Of a stretch of DNA of 64,000 bases, positions 30,865-40,769 are shown piece by piece. The position numbers and the translations under genes are program-made. The first letter of the stretch is position 1. Each line of letters starts with the position of its first letter. The notes under the pieces were generated by a model. It was not told the DNA's origin. It saw nothing but the letters and a program-made list of their open reading frames with translations, and did no database searches. Source of the stretch: Thermodesulfobacteriota bacterium (GTDB lineage Bacteria; Desulfobacterota_D; UBA1144); contig JAYYZJ010000004.1 of NCBI GenBank assembly GCA_036340075.1, positions 1 to 64,000 of the forward strand, given 5' to 3'.

Positions 30865-32142
30865 ATGGCAACCGTAACTTATTTAAAAGCAAGGCAAATA
30901 TTGGATTCTAGGGGTACACCAACGGTGGAGGCTGATATGAGACTTGATAATGGAAATATTTGTAGAGCTTCTGTGCCTTCAGGAGCTTCAACTGGATCAT
31001 ACGAGTCTGTAGAATTAAGAGATAAAGACAAAAATAAATTTAATGGAAAAGGTGTATTAAAGGCCATTGAAAATATTAATTCTATAATATCTAAGGAGAT
31101 AAAAAATAAAGAATTTCAAACTATTAATGAGTTTGACTCGTTTCTAATTAATTTGGATGGAACTGACAACAAATCAAAAATTGGTGCGAATGCAATTCTA
31201 GCATGTTCCATGGCTTTCATGAAATGTTCTGCTAGTAATATGAATAAAGAAATTTATGAATTTTTAAATCCTGATGGTCCTTACCTTTTACCTACACCGC
31301 TAATGAATATAATAAATGGTGGAGCTCATGCAAATAATGGTTTAGATATCCAAGAATTTATGATTGTACCAGCTGGCTTTGATACATTTTCTGAAAGTCT
31401 AAGAGCAGGCGTAGAGATATTCATGAGCCTTAAACAGATTCTGGAAAAAAAGAATTATTCAACAGCTGTAGGAGATGAAGGTGGGTTTGCTCCTGATTTA
31501 AAATCTAATCAAGATGCTTTAGAGCTGATATCTATTTCAATAAAAGATGCAGGGTACAAATTAGGAGAAGAGGTTTACCTGGCTCTCGATGTAGCTGCTT
31601 CAGAAATTTGTACTAACAAAAAATACAAGATTGATGGTAATTTGCTGCTGCCGGATGAACTTATAGAATATTACAAAAACTTATGCAAAAAGTATCCGAT
31701 TATCTCAATTGAAGATCCTATCCATGAAGATGACTGGAGTAATTGGTCAAATTTAACCTCTCAGATAGGAGACCATGTACAAATTGTAGGTGACGACTTA
31801 TTTGTGACTAATGAGGCGAGACTAAATAGAGGTATAGAAGAAAAGGCTGGGAACAGTATTTTAGTTAAAATCAATCAAATAGGCTCAATATCTGAAACTA
31901 TAGATACTATTAATTTAGCTAATTCTAATAATTTTTCTTATATTGTCTCACACAGATCTGGAGAAACAGAAGATTCAACAATTTCCGATATCGCAGTTGG
32001 AACTAACTCAGGACAAATTAAAACTGGTTCTTGTTCTAGAACGGATAGGACATCAAAATATAATCAATTGATAAGAATTGAGGAATTTTTAGGAGATAAA
32101 GCAGGATTTGCAAAATTATCAACCTTTCATCAAAAACTTTGA
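30865..32142 (+). CDS. eno: Enolase
   Basis: ILDSRGTPTVE, VPSGASTG, VGDEGGFAP, VGDDLFVTN, SHRSGETED. Confidence 0.98.
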   Translation: MATVTYLKARQILDSRGTPTVEADMRLDNGNICRASVPSGASTGSYESVELRDKDKNKFNGKGVLKAIENINSIISKEIKNKEFQTINEFDSFLINLDGTDNKSKIGANAILACSMAFMKCSASNMNKEIYEFLNPDGPYLLPTPLMNIINGGAHANNGLDIQEFMIVPAGFDTFSESLRAGVEIFMSLKQILEKKNYSTAVGDEGGFAPDLKSNQDALELISISIKDAGYKLGEEVYLALDVAASEICTNKKYKIDGNLLLPDELIEYYKNLCKKYPIISIEDPIHEDDWSNWSNLTSQIGDHVQIVGDDLFVTNEARLNRGIEEKAGNSILVKINQIGSISETIDTINLANSNNFSYIVSHRSGETEDSTISDIAVGTNSGQIKTGSCSRTDRTSKYNQLIRIEEFLGDKAGFAKLSTFHQKL

Positions 32143-32164
32143 TTGTGTATTATAATAACTTCAA

Positions 32165-33583
32165 ATGAGTGCTAAGACTTTATTCGAAAAAATTTGGAAC
32201 AAGCATGTTGTTCATGAAGAAGCTGACAAGCCTACTTTGCTTTATATTGATTTACATTTAGTTCATGAGGTAACATCACCACAAGCATTTGAGGGGTTAC
32301 GAGAAAACAAAAGAAAAGTAAGAAGAAAAGATTTAACTTTTGCTACGATGGATCATAATGTTCCAACAATTAATAGAAATACTATTGAAGATGAAATTTC
32401 TGCAAAACAAATCGACGCGCTAAGGAAAAATTGTGCTGAATTTGATGTTGAACTTTTTGATTTATCAAGTCCATATCAGGGAATAGTCCATGTGATTGGA
32501 CCAGAACAAGGGTTGACTAGGCCAGGAATGACTATAGTTTGTGGCGACAGTCATACTTCAACTCATGGTGCTTTTGGTTCTCTTGCTTTTGGAATAGGGA
32601 CTAGTGAAGTAGAACACGTTTTAGCAACTCAATGTCTATGGCAGAACAAGCCTAAAACTTTTGAAGTAAGAGTAGATGGAAAGAGACAGAAAGGTGTTAC
32701 TGCAAAAGATATAATCCTTAGCATTATTGGCGAAATAGGTACAGCAGGAGCCACTGGAACTGTTGTTGAATACACCGGAGAAGCGATATCTTCATTGTCT
32801 ATGGAACAACGAATGACAATTTGCAATATGTCAATTGAAGGTGGAGCAAGGGCTGGAATGATAAGTCCAGATGAAATCACTTTTAATTATTTAAAAGATA
32901 AACCCAGAATTAAAGAAATTGATAATCTTGATGATTTAATTAAAGATTGGAGCAGTCTAGCTACTGAGGAAGGCGCGAAATTTGACAAAACTATTATTCT
33001 AAATGCAGATGACATGTCGCCGCAGGTTAGCTGGGGTACAAGCCCTGGGATGGTAACTTCAGTAACCGGAATGGTACCAAACCCAAAGAATGAAGAGGAT
33101 CCAGTAAAAAGAAAATCTATAGAATCTGCATTGAATTATATGAATCTTAAGCCAGATACAAAAATTGAGGATATCAGACTAGATACCGTATTCATAGGTT
33201 CTTGTACAAACTCTAGGATTGAGGATTTAGTTGCTGCAAGCAAGGTTATAAAAGGAAACAAGGTCTCTTCTAATGTTAATGCAATTGTCGTTCCTGGTTC
33301 TCAGCTTGTAAAATATGAAGCAGAAAAACTTGGTTTAGATAAAATATTCAAGGATGCTGGTTTTGACTGGAGAGAGTCGGGATGCAGCATGTGTTTAGGT
33401 ATGAATCCAGATCAGTTATCTCCTGGGGAAAGATGTGCTAGCACGTCGAATAGGAACTTCGAAGGAAGGCAAGGGAAGGGAGGAAGAACTCATCTTGTTA
33501 GTCCTATAATGGCCGCAGCTGCCGCAATAAATGGAAGATTTGTTGATATAAGATCTTATGACATTGATTTTGGAGAATATTGA
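32165..33583 (+). CDS. leuC: 3-isopropylmalate dehydratase large subunit
   Basis: [48 protein letters not shown]. Confidence 0.98.
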   Translation: MSAKTLFEKIWNKHVVHEEADKPTLLYIDLHLVHEVTSPQAFEGLRENKRKVRRKDLTFATMDHNVPTINRNTIEDEISAKQIDALRKNCAEFDVELFDLSSPYQGIVHVIGPEQGLTRPGMTIVCGDSHTSTHGAFGSLAFGIGTSEVEHVLATQCLWQNKPKTFEVRVDGKRQKGVTAKDIILSIIGEIGTAGATGTVVEYTGEAISSLSMEQRMTICNMSIEGGARAGMISPDEITFNYLKDKPRIKEIDNLDDLIKDWSSLATEEGAKFDKTIILNADDMSPQVSWGTSPGMVTSVTGMVPNPKNEEDPVKRKSIESALNYMNLKPDTKIEDIRLDTVFIGSCTNSRIEDLVAASKVIKGNKVSSNVNAIVVPGSQLVKYEAEKLGLDKIFKDAGFDWRESGCSMCLGMNPDQLSPGERCASTSNRNFEGRQGKGGRTHLVSPIMAAAAAINGRFVDIRSYDIDFGEY

Positions 33584-33584
33584 A

Positions 33585-34178
33585 ATGGAAAAGTTTAAAA
33601 AAATAATTAGCATACCTACTCCTTTAGACTCAGCAAATGTAGATACTGACCAAATTATTCCTAAGCAATTTTTAAAGAAAATAGAAAAAACGGGGTTTGG
33701 TGAATTTTTGTTTTATGATTGGAGATACAATAACGATGGTTCTTCAAATATGAATTTCATACTTAATAATAAAAAATATAAGGACTCACAAATATTATTG
33801 GCAAGAGATAATTTTGGCTGTGGCAGCTCAAGGGAACATGCTCCATGGGCACTTAAGGATTATGGTTTTGCGGTAATAATCTCTACATCATTTGCTGATA
33901 TCTTTTATAATAATTGTTTTAAAAATGGGATACTTCCAATAATAGTAGGACAAAATCATTTAGATAGCTTATTTAGTAAAGCATCAGAATTAAACGATTT
34001 CCTTCTAGAGGTTGATCTTAAAAAAAATCAAATCACAGATAAAGATGCCTTTAGTCTCAACTTTGAAATTGATAGCTTTAGAAAGAAATGCCTTATTGAT
34101 GGTCTTGATGATATAGATTTAACTATGGCTCACTCTGAAAAAATAGACGAATTTGAAAAGAATTTAAAACTTGCTTAA
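33585..34178 (+). CDS. leuD: 3-isopropylmalate dehydratase small subunit
   Basis: NVDTDQIIPKQFL, NFGCGSSREHAPW, FADIFYNN; GGAGA RBS before ATG 33585. Confidence 0.97.
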   Translation: MEKFKKIISIPTPLDSANVDTDQIIPKQFLKKIEKTGFGEFLFYDWRYNNDGSSNMNFILNNKKYKDSQILLARDNFGCGSSREHAPWALKDYGFAVIISTSFADIFYNNCFKNGILPIIVGQNHLDSLFSKASELNDFLLEVDLKKNQITDKDAFSLNFEIDSFRKKCLIDGLDDIDLTMAHSEKIDEFEKNLKLA

Positions 34179-34373
34179 TAAATAAAAGACAACTGATAGA
34201 GCTATGCTGATAATTATTGAAGTTCCAATAGGAATGAAGATAGTAAAATTCTCCCTTTCAATCTTAAAATCTAGGGGGATTTTCTTAGATAAAAAAATAC
34301 TTATAAATTCATAAGAAATTCCTACCAAAATAAGTATTATTCCAAAAATTATAATGAGTTTGCTAATAGCCAC
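34164..34373 (-). CDS. Small two-TM membrane protein, DUF2905-like
   Basis: TM helix, then IPLDFKIERENFTIFIPIGTSIIISI, then TM; resembles DUF2905 pattern. Confidence 0.7.
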   Translation of the reverse strand: MAISKLIIIFGIILILVGISYEFISIFLSKKIPLDFKIERENFTIFIPIGTSIIISIALSVVFYLLSKF

Positions 34374-34409
34374 AAAAACATTTTAAACTAATTAATACGG
34401 TATAACCAA

Positions 34410-35759
34410 ATGGGTAAAAATAAACTAGTAACAAAAACCAAACAATCTCAAAAGGGATTATTGAGTCCTAGTTCGAAGTTATTTATAAAACTTATCAATT
34501 TAAATCTGATTCAACTTGGAGAATTAATAGACAAAGAACTAGCAGAGAATCCATGCATAGAGGAGTTACTCAAAATAGATTCTTCTAAAGAAGAAATCAA
34601 TGTTTCAAGTAAATTATCGAACATCCAAAATGATAGTTTAGGCTTTAACGAGAATATCATAGAAGATAGAACACTGACTTTTGCCGATTACCTATTAAGA
34701 CAATTAGGGTATTTTAAATTAGACAAAGAAGATAAAAAGATTATTTTTTCTCTTATTCAATTAATAGACGACGATGGTTTTTTAAGCTACACAAATGATG
34801 AAATTATTACAATAATAGAAGAAAAGAATAAGTTACATATCAACGAGATTAAAATTGAAGAGAGTATTTTGTGGTGCCAGAGAAATTTTGACCCGACTGG
34901 GATTTTTTCAAGAAGTACAGTCGAATCTCTCCTAGTTCAATTGGAATTGAAAAATAATCAGAATTTGTCTTTTTACAGAGAAATCATAAGCAATTATTTA
35001 GAAGAATTAGCATCTGGAGAATTTAATTTGATAGCTAAAGAATTAAATATAGATTTAGAGATAGTTGAATCATGTCTTGATGCAATATCAGAATTAGAAC
35101 CTAGACCAGCAAGAAACTTTATAAAAGAACAAGATGGGAGGTTTGACACAGAACCTGAGGCATTTATTTTGGAAGATAATAACAAGCTTCGAGTTCATAT
35201 AAATAAAAACTTTAGAAATTTTGAAGTCTCATCTTACTATGAAAATATGTTGAAACGAAATACAGACTTAGATAAAGATGTTAAGGAGTACATTAAGGAC
35301 AAGATAGAAAAAGGAAAAACATTAATAAAAACAATAGAAGAAAGAAATGAAATCTATGCAAGGGTTTTAAATACTATAGTTGATATCCAAAAAGATTTTA
35401 TCAGAAAAGGGGATCAGTATCTTAAGCCTCTCAAATTATCAGATATAGCATCTATAGTAGATACACATGAATCTACTATTAGCAGAATTACAAGCAATAA
35501 ATATGTTGGCACACCAAGAGGAACGATTAATATGAAATCATTTTTTAGTAATAAAGTAGAAAGTAAAGATGATAAGTCATCAGTTGCAGTAAAAGACATA
35601 ATAAATGAAATAATTGAAAATGAAGAAAAGATTAATCCTCTGTCGGATGAGACAGTAAAAGAAATTTTGGCTGCTAAAGATATAAAAATATCAAGAAGAA
35701 CAGTTGCAAAATATAGAAAGATGCTTAAAATACCATCATCATTCAAAAGGCGGTTGTAA
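34410..35759 (+). CDS. rpoN: RNA polymerase sigma-54 factor
   Basis: ELAENP, LKPLKLSDIA..HESTISR, RpoN box SRRTVAKYR. Confidence 0.95.
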   Translation: MGKNKLVTKTKQSQKGLLSPSSKLFIKLINLNLIQLGELIDKELAENPCIEELLKIDSSKEEINVSSKLSNIQNDSLGFNENIIEDRTLTFADYLLRQLGYFKLDKEDKKIIFSLIQLIDDDGFLSYTNDEIITIIEEKNKLHINEIKIEESILWCQRNFDPTGIFSRSTVESLLVQLELKNNQNLSFYREIISNYLEELASGEFNLIAKELNIDLEIVESCLDAISELEPRPARNFIKEQDGRFDTEPEAFILEDNNKLRVHINKNFRNFEVSSYYENMLKRNTDLDKDVKEYIKDKIEKGKTLIKTIEERNEIYARVLNTIVDIQKDFIRKGDQYLKPLKLSDIASIVDTHESTISRITSNKYVGTPRGTINMKSFFSNKVESKDDKSSVAVKDIINEIIENEEKINPLSDETVKEILAAKDIKISRRTVAKYRKMLKIPSSFKRRL

Positions 35760-36211
35760 TGAAAATCTCAAATCTAATTAGTCCAGAATTGATTTTTTTT
35801 GATATCGATTATCAAGATAGACAGAAGACAGTAAAATCAATAGTTAACAACCTATGTAATGTTGAGAAATCGCTAAATAACTCAACTATTGTAGAATCAA
35901 TTCTAAAACGAGAAGAATTATGCAGTACGGCTTTGGATAACTATATTGCTATCCCACATGCAAAGATTTCAGGAATATCAAAAACTTATGCCTCTATGAC
36001 TATTTGTAAGGAAGGAACAGATTTTGGATCTGTAGATGAATTAAAAACAAAAATATTCGTACTAATTTTACATCCTGAAAACACTGATAATAATCATCTT
36101 GAAATTCTCAGGTCTGTTGCAAATATTTTTGCCAAAAAAAGTATTGTGGATGAAATTTTATCTTTAGAAGACAAAAATCTTATCTATCAAATAATCCAAA
36201 CCCATGAGTAA
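35759..36211 (+). CDS. ptsN: PTS EIIA(Ntr)-type protein
   Basis: REELCSTAL..IAIPHAK (phospho-His), DFGSVD, HLEIL; follows rpoN. Confidence 0.88.
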   Translation: MKISNLISPELIFFDIDYQDRQKTVKSIVNNLCNVEKSLNNSTIVESILKREELCSTALDNYIAIPHAKISGISKTYASMTICKEGTDFGSVDELKTKIFVLILHPENTDNNHLEILRSVANIFAKKSIVDEILSLEDKNLIYQIIQTHE

Positions 36212-36707
36212 TGTTAAAGAAGAAATAAAGAAAATTAGTCAGCATGGAGTATTAATCAATCACAACAATATAGGATTGCTAATTCAAGGAGAAAGTGGGA
36301 TTGGAAAAAGTGAATGTGCAATTGAGCTAATCAATAGAGGAGCTTTCTTGATTTCAGACGATATAGTTATCATAAGAAAAGATAATGCTTCCTTGATTGG
36401 CGAATCACCAAAAGAAACTAAAGAATTAATTGAAATTAGAGGAATAGGGATAATAAATGTAAGAGAAATTTATGGATCTAAATCAGTCATGAAACAAACA
36501 CAAATTGATTTAGCAATAGAACTAATAGAGTTTAATGAGAAACATGACTATGAAAGACTTGGATATGACAGAGATTTCTTACAAATACTTGGAATAGATG
36601 TGCCAATAATGAAAATTCCAGTTAGTCCTGGCAGAAATTTATCAACACTTATTGAAATTGCTATAAAGAAAATAAAATTAGAAACCAGCTTTATTAAAAA
36701 CACTTAA
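36204..36707 (+). CDS. hprK: HPr kinase/phosphorylase, catalytic domain only
   Basis: HGVLI, GESGIGKSE, LISDD, IEIRGIGIIN, PVSPGRNL. Confidence 0.88.
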   Translation: MSNVKEEIKKISQHGVLINHNNIGLLIQGESGIGKSECAIELINRGAFLISDDIVIIRKDNASLIGESPKETKELIEIRGIGIINVREIYGSKSVMKQTQIDLAIELIEFNEKHDYERLGYDRDFLQILGIDVPIMKIPVSPGRNLSTLIEIAIKKIKLETSFIKNT

Positions 36708-36724
36708 TACATTAGAATTTAGAG

Positions 36725-37120
36725 ATGTTTGGTATATTGATAATCACACATGGAAAACTTTCAGAAGAGCTAAAGTCTTCTGTCGAGTTTGTTCTAGGTG
36801 AAAAGATTGTAAGGGAGATATTTACTCTCAATATAGATGAAGATTCGCGCGATTATGAGACATATTCTAATAAAATTGCGAATTATCTAATGGAAAATTC
36901 AAATACTATCATTTTTACCGATATGTTTGGCGGAACACCTTCGAATATTGGTCTAGCTTATTTTAAGAAAGATTCTGTTGAGATAATTTCTGGAGTCAAT
37001 CTTCCAATGCTAATTAAAGCTGCAACGATTGAAAATTGTGAAACCTTCAAAGAAGCTGTTAATATAATTAGAGAATCGGGGAAAGAAAATATTATTGTTG
37101 CTGGAGACTTAGAAATTTAA
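36725..37120 (+). CDS. PTS mannose/fructose-type EIIA
   Basis: ILIITHG, FTDMFGGTPSN, SGVNLPMLIK. Confidence 0.9.
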   Translation: MFGILIITHGKLSEELKSSVEFVLGEKIVREIFTLNIDEDSRDYETYSNKIANYLMENSNTIIFTDMFGGTPSNIGLAYFKKDSVEIISGVNLPMLIKAATIENCETFKEAVNIIRESGKENIIVAGDLEI

Positions 37121-37122
37121 TC

Positions 37123-37446
37123 ATGAGTGAAATAAACCATAAAGAAATACTTGAACAATGGTCAAAGATTTATTTAAGGAATGAATATGAAGATTGGAAG
37201 TTGGAAATTGACCCATCAATTAATCAGGATTTTGCTTCTATAGCACTTTTTTTAGATTATAGATCATCAAAAGAAGCAGGAGAACAGCAAGATGTATACA
37301 AAGGTTTTCAAAAAGCTGCATTTCTTGTTTTAGATTTAATAGGAGTAGCAATTATTGACGACCCAGAAGCAAAAACTATAAAACTTACAAAGAAAGAACG
37401 TGATAGTGAACGAGACAAAAAACTTGCAAAAGAAATCTGGGGATAA
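37123..37446 (+). CDS. Hypothetical protein
   Basis: 107 aa ORF filling the gap between neighbours, translationally coupled to the next gene; no motif recognised. Confidence 0.75.
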   Translation: MSEINHKEILEQWSKIYLRNEYEDWKLEIDPSINQDFASIALFLDYRSSKEAGEQQDVYKGFQKAAFLVLDLIGVAIIDDPEAKTIKLTKKERDSERDKKLAKEIWG

Positions 37447-38246
37447 TGGATATATCAGATAAATACAGAGGATTCATAATAGATTTGGATGGTGTTATTT
37501 ATCTAGATGGGAAATTGCTGCCCTTCTCTAAGAATTTTGTTTCAAAGTTATCCAAGGAAGATAAAAGATACGTTTTTTTAACTAATGATTCTATTTTGCC
37601 AAGCAATAGTTATTCAAAGCTTTTAAATAAATTAGGTATACCTTGCAGTGAAAATCAAGTTATAACTCCTATTAAATCCTTCGAAGAAAAAATAAATAAT
37701 ACAAAAAAAACCAAAGTTAAAGTTTTAGTGATTGCTAGTAAGAAGATAAAAACATATTTAAAAAAGAATAAAAAAATTAATGTAATTGATCCTAAGAAAA
37801 ATTTTAAAAATGCTGACATAGTCTTGGTTGCTGGTAGTAGGGAGTTTAATTATATTGACCTAATGTACGCTTGTTTGGCAATACAAAACGGTTCAAAGCT
37901 ATTTGCAACCAGTATCGACAATACTTATCCAACTAGATTAGGAAACGTACCTGCAACTGGATCAATTATTGCAGCAATAGAGAAAGCTACCGGAGCAAAA
38001 GTCGAGAATTTAGGGAAACCATCTAAAAACATATTTCGTTTAGCATTAAATTCTTTAAATATTAAGAAATCAGAAATCTTAGTTATTGGGGATAACCTTA
38101 ATACAGATATTCGAGGGTCGTATCAACTACAACTAGATTCTGCACTTGTATTAACAGGTAAAACTAAAAAGAAAGATTTAAAGAAATCTGATTACCTTGC
38201 AAAGCCAACTTATGTTGCTAAAAATCTTAAAGTTATTTCAGGATAA
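37446..38246 (+). CDS. HAD-IIA (NagD-like) phosphatase
   Basis: IDLDGVIY, LTND, LGKPS, IGDNLNTDI, VLTG. Confidence 0.9.
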   Translation: MDISDKYRGFIIDLDGVIYLDGKLLPFSKNFVSKLSKEDKRYVFLTNDSILPSNSYSKLLNKLGIPCSENQVITPIKSFEEKINNTKKTKVKVLVIASKKIKTYLKKNKKINVIDPKKNFKNADIVLVAGSREFNYIDLMYACLAIQNGSKLFATSIDNTYPTRLGNVPATGSIIAAIEKATGAKVENLGKPSKNIFRLALNSLNIKKSEILVIGDNLNTDIRGSYQLQLDSALVLTGKTKKKDLKKSDYLAKPTYVAKNLKVISG

Positions 38247-38248
38247 GA

Positions 38249-39475
38249 TTATTCTTTGCTTCCTTGAACCATGCAAACCATTTTTCCAGAATGTTTATTT
38301 TCATACATATTCTGATGAGCTAAAGGAATCTCTTCATATGAATACACTTCAGAAACAACTGGTTTAATTAAACCCTGATGAACAAGTTCATTTGCCCTGA
38401 TACATTCAAGAGCATTTGCAAAATGTGAACCTATTACATCTTTTTGTAACATCCAAAGATATCTAACATCAAACATACAGTCATATCCTGAAGTTCCTGC
38501 GCATATAACTATTCGGCCAAATTTTTCTGCAACAAAAACACTTGTTGGAAAAGTTGTTTCTCCTGGATGCTCAAAAACAACATTAGGGCTTTTTCGTTCA
38601 CCTAGAAGTTCCCATATTTTTTTACCAAAATTTTTCATTTCCTGGAATCTTAGTTTAGACTCCTCGTCACTCTCATTTTTTCTGTATGCTAGATTAGGAA
38701 AATCTTTTCTATTGATAACACCTACTGCTCCTAGTTCTTCACATAATTTAAATTTATCATTAGACGAAACAACAGCTATAGCTTTCGCTCCTAACATTTT
38801 ACAAATTTGTAAAGCAAATACCCCTAATCCCCCTGCGGCTCCCCAAACTAATACAACTTCTCCTGGTTGGACATTCGCTTTTGATACAAGCATCCTATAT
38901 GCAGTAAAATAACAAAGTGCATATGAAGCCGCATCAATCCAATTTAAATTCTTAGGTTTTTTTAATATTTGTTGAGCTTGCACTCTTGTGAATTGAGCAA
39001 AACATCCATTAGGAGTTTCGTATCCCCAGATTTGTGCTTTTTTACTAACCATTGGATCATAACTAATAAAATCTCCAGTTGATTTTGTCATGTTAGAATG
39101 TGGCTCTTCACTTTCAACTCCACAGTGAATAATAACCTCATCACCTTTTTTCCAACTTGTAACATTTGATCCTACATCCCACACAATCCCTGAACAATCG
39201 CTTCCGGCAATATGGTGATCCTGCTTATGAACATCTAGTACAGAAATAGGCTCACCTAGCCCGGCCCAAACACCATTAAAATTTATTCCTGTAGCAACAA
39301 CCAAAACTAAAACATCATTTGGTCCACACTCTGGTACTGGCATAGTTTCTTCTTGAAAAGATTTCATTGGTTCTCCATGACGTTCTTTTCTAATAACCCA
39401 AGCCCTCATTGTTTTTGGCTTAAACTCCAAATCTTCGGGTATAACTCCTATAGGTAACGGATCTGAATAACTCAT
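38249..39475 (-). CDS. ccrA: Crotonyl-CoA carboxylase/reductase
   Basis: MRAWVIRKERHGEP, GINFNGVWAGLG.P, HIAGSD, IWGYET, FEHPG..TFP.SVF, CAGTSGY, RYLWM.QK..GSHFAN. Confidence 0.9.
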   Translation of the reverse strand: MSYSDPLPIGVIPEDLEFKPKTMRAWVIRKERHGEPMKSFQEETMPVPECGPNDVLVLVVATGINFNGVWAGLGEPISVLDVHKQDHHIAGSDCSGIVWDVGSNVTSWKKGDEVIIHCGVESEEPHSNMTKSTGDFISYDPMVSKKAQIWGYETPNGCFAQFTRVQAQQILKKPKNLNWIDAASYALCYFTAYRMLVSKANVQPGEVVLVWGAAGGLGVFALQICKMLGAKAIAVVSSNDKFKLCEELGAVGVINRKDFPNLAYRKNESDEESKLRFQEMKNFGKKIWELLGERKSPNVVFEHPGETTFPTSVFVAEKFGRIVICAGTSGYDCMFDVRYLWMLQKDVIGSHFANALECIRANELVHQGLIKPVVSEVYSYEEIPLAHQNMYENKHSGKMVCMVQGSKE

Positions 39476-39494
39476 ATTTAAAACTCCTTAATCA

Positions 39495-40499
39495 TTAATT
39501 GAAGCTTATATTCATAGCTTCTTTGATAATCTCAATATTACTTTTTGCAATTTCTCTAGCCTTTTTTGAACCCTGAGAAATTATATCAAAAATTTCAGTT
39601 TTATTCTTCAACACTTGTTCTCTTTTATTACGAATGGGGTCAAGGAAAATGTTTATATTCTTAGATAAGGATTTTTTTACTTCAACATCTCCTATTTTTC
39701 CCTTTTTATATCTATTTTTAAAATCTTCAAGCTCTTCTTTGTCAGAATTAAAAATATCATGATATATAAATACTGGATTTCCGTCAACTTCACCTGGAAT
39801 ATCAGCACTTGTTCTCTTTGGATCAGTAAACATTTTCATGACTTTTTTATGAACTTCTTTTTCAGAATCGCTTAAATAAATGCAATTGTTTAATGATTTA
39901 CTCATCTTACTTTGTCCATCGATTCCTACAAGCCTAGAATTCTTACTTATTAAAGGCTCAGGTTCCTTAAACACATCTTTATAGTTTGAATTAAATTTTC
40001 TTGCCAATTCTCTTGCAAGCTCTACATGACTCAACTGATCCTCTCCTACTGGTACCTTTGTCGCGTTAAATATTAGAATGTCACATGACATCAAAACAGG
40101 ATAAGACAAGAGACCCAAAGAATAGTTCTCTTTAAGATTTAAATCTGATATTTTTTCTTTTAGGGTTGGTATTCTCTGAACTCTTGGTACCGAACAAAGC
40201 ATAGACATGAGAACAGTTAATTCAGAAATTTCTGGAACTAAAGATTGAAGATAGAAACACGATTTATTTGGATCTAAACCCACAGATAACCAATCAATAA
40301 CGAGCTCTTCAATATTAGACCTTAATTCACCTACTCTTTCTTGGTGAGTAGTAAGCATATGTAGGTCAGCTATCAAAAAGTAACATTCATAAGTATCTTG
40401 AAGTGACAGCCTATTTTCTAATGTTCCAACATAATGACCAAGGTGTAGATTTCCAGTTGGTCTATCTCCAGTAACCAAAACTTCTTTACTTTTTTTCAT
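39495..40499 (-). CDS. trpS: Tryptophan--tRNA ligase
   Basis: TGDRPTGNLHLGH, VPVGEDQ, KMSKS. Confidence 0.96.
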   Translation of the reverse strand: MKKSKEVLVTGDRPTGNLHLGHYVGTLENRLSLQDTYECYFLIADLHMLTTHQERVGELRSNIEELVIDWLSVGLDPNKSCFYLQSLVPEISELTVLMSMLCSVPRVQRIPTLKEKISDLNLKENYSLGLLSYPVLMSCDILIFNATKVPVGEDQLSHVELARELARKFNSNYKDVFKEPEPLISKNSRLVGIDGQSKMSKSLNNCIYLSDSEKEVHKKVMKMFTDPKRTSADIPGEVDGNPVFIYHDIFNSDKEELEDFKNRYKKGKIGDVEVKKSLSKNINIFLDPIRNKREQVLKNKTEIFDIISQGSKKAREIAKSNIEIIKEAMNISFN

Positions 40500-40564
40500 A
40501 AATTATAATTAAATATGATATCTTAGTATCCGCAAAACGGCCAGAGATATGAAATTTGAAATCT

Positions 40565-40639
40565 CGCGCCTGGAAGGACTCGAACCCTCGACCTCCAGAG
40601 CCGTAATCTGGCGCTCTAATCCAACTGAGCTACAGGCGC
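40565..40639 (-). tRNA. tRNA-Arg(ACG)
   Basis: Cloverleaf; anticodon arm CCAGA-TTACGGC-TCTGG; no CCA. Confidence 0.95.
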
Positions 40640-40644
40640 AAATA

Positions 40645-40734
<90 letters not shown>

Positions 40735-40745
40735 AGAAGACTGAA

Positions 40746-40754
40746 ATTATAGCA
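40746..40754 (-). promoter_or_regulatory. Extended -10 promoter for tRNA-Ser/Arg
   Basis: TGCTATAAT on minus strand, 11 nt upstream of tRNA-Ser. Confidence 0.6.
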
Positions 40755-40769
40755 CAATTAATAAATAAA

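Noticed and set aside
40517..40550. Hairpin between tRNA-Arg and trpS as a T-box or attenuator
   Set aside because: Far too short, with no T-box motif or Trp leader peptide
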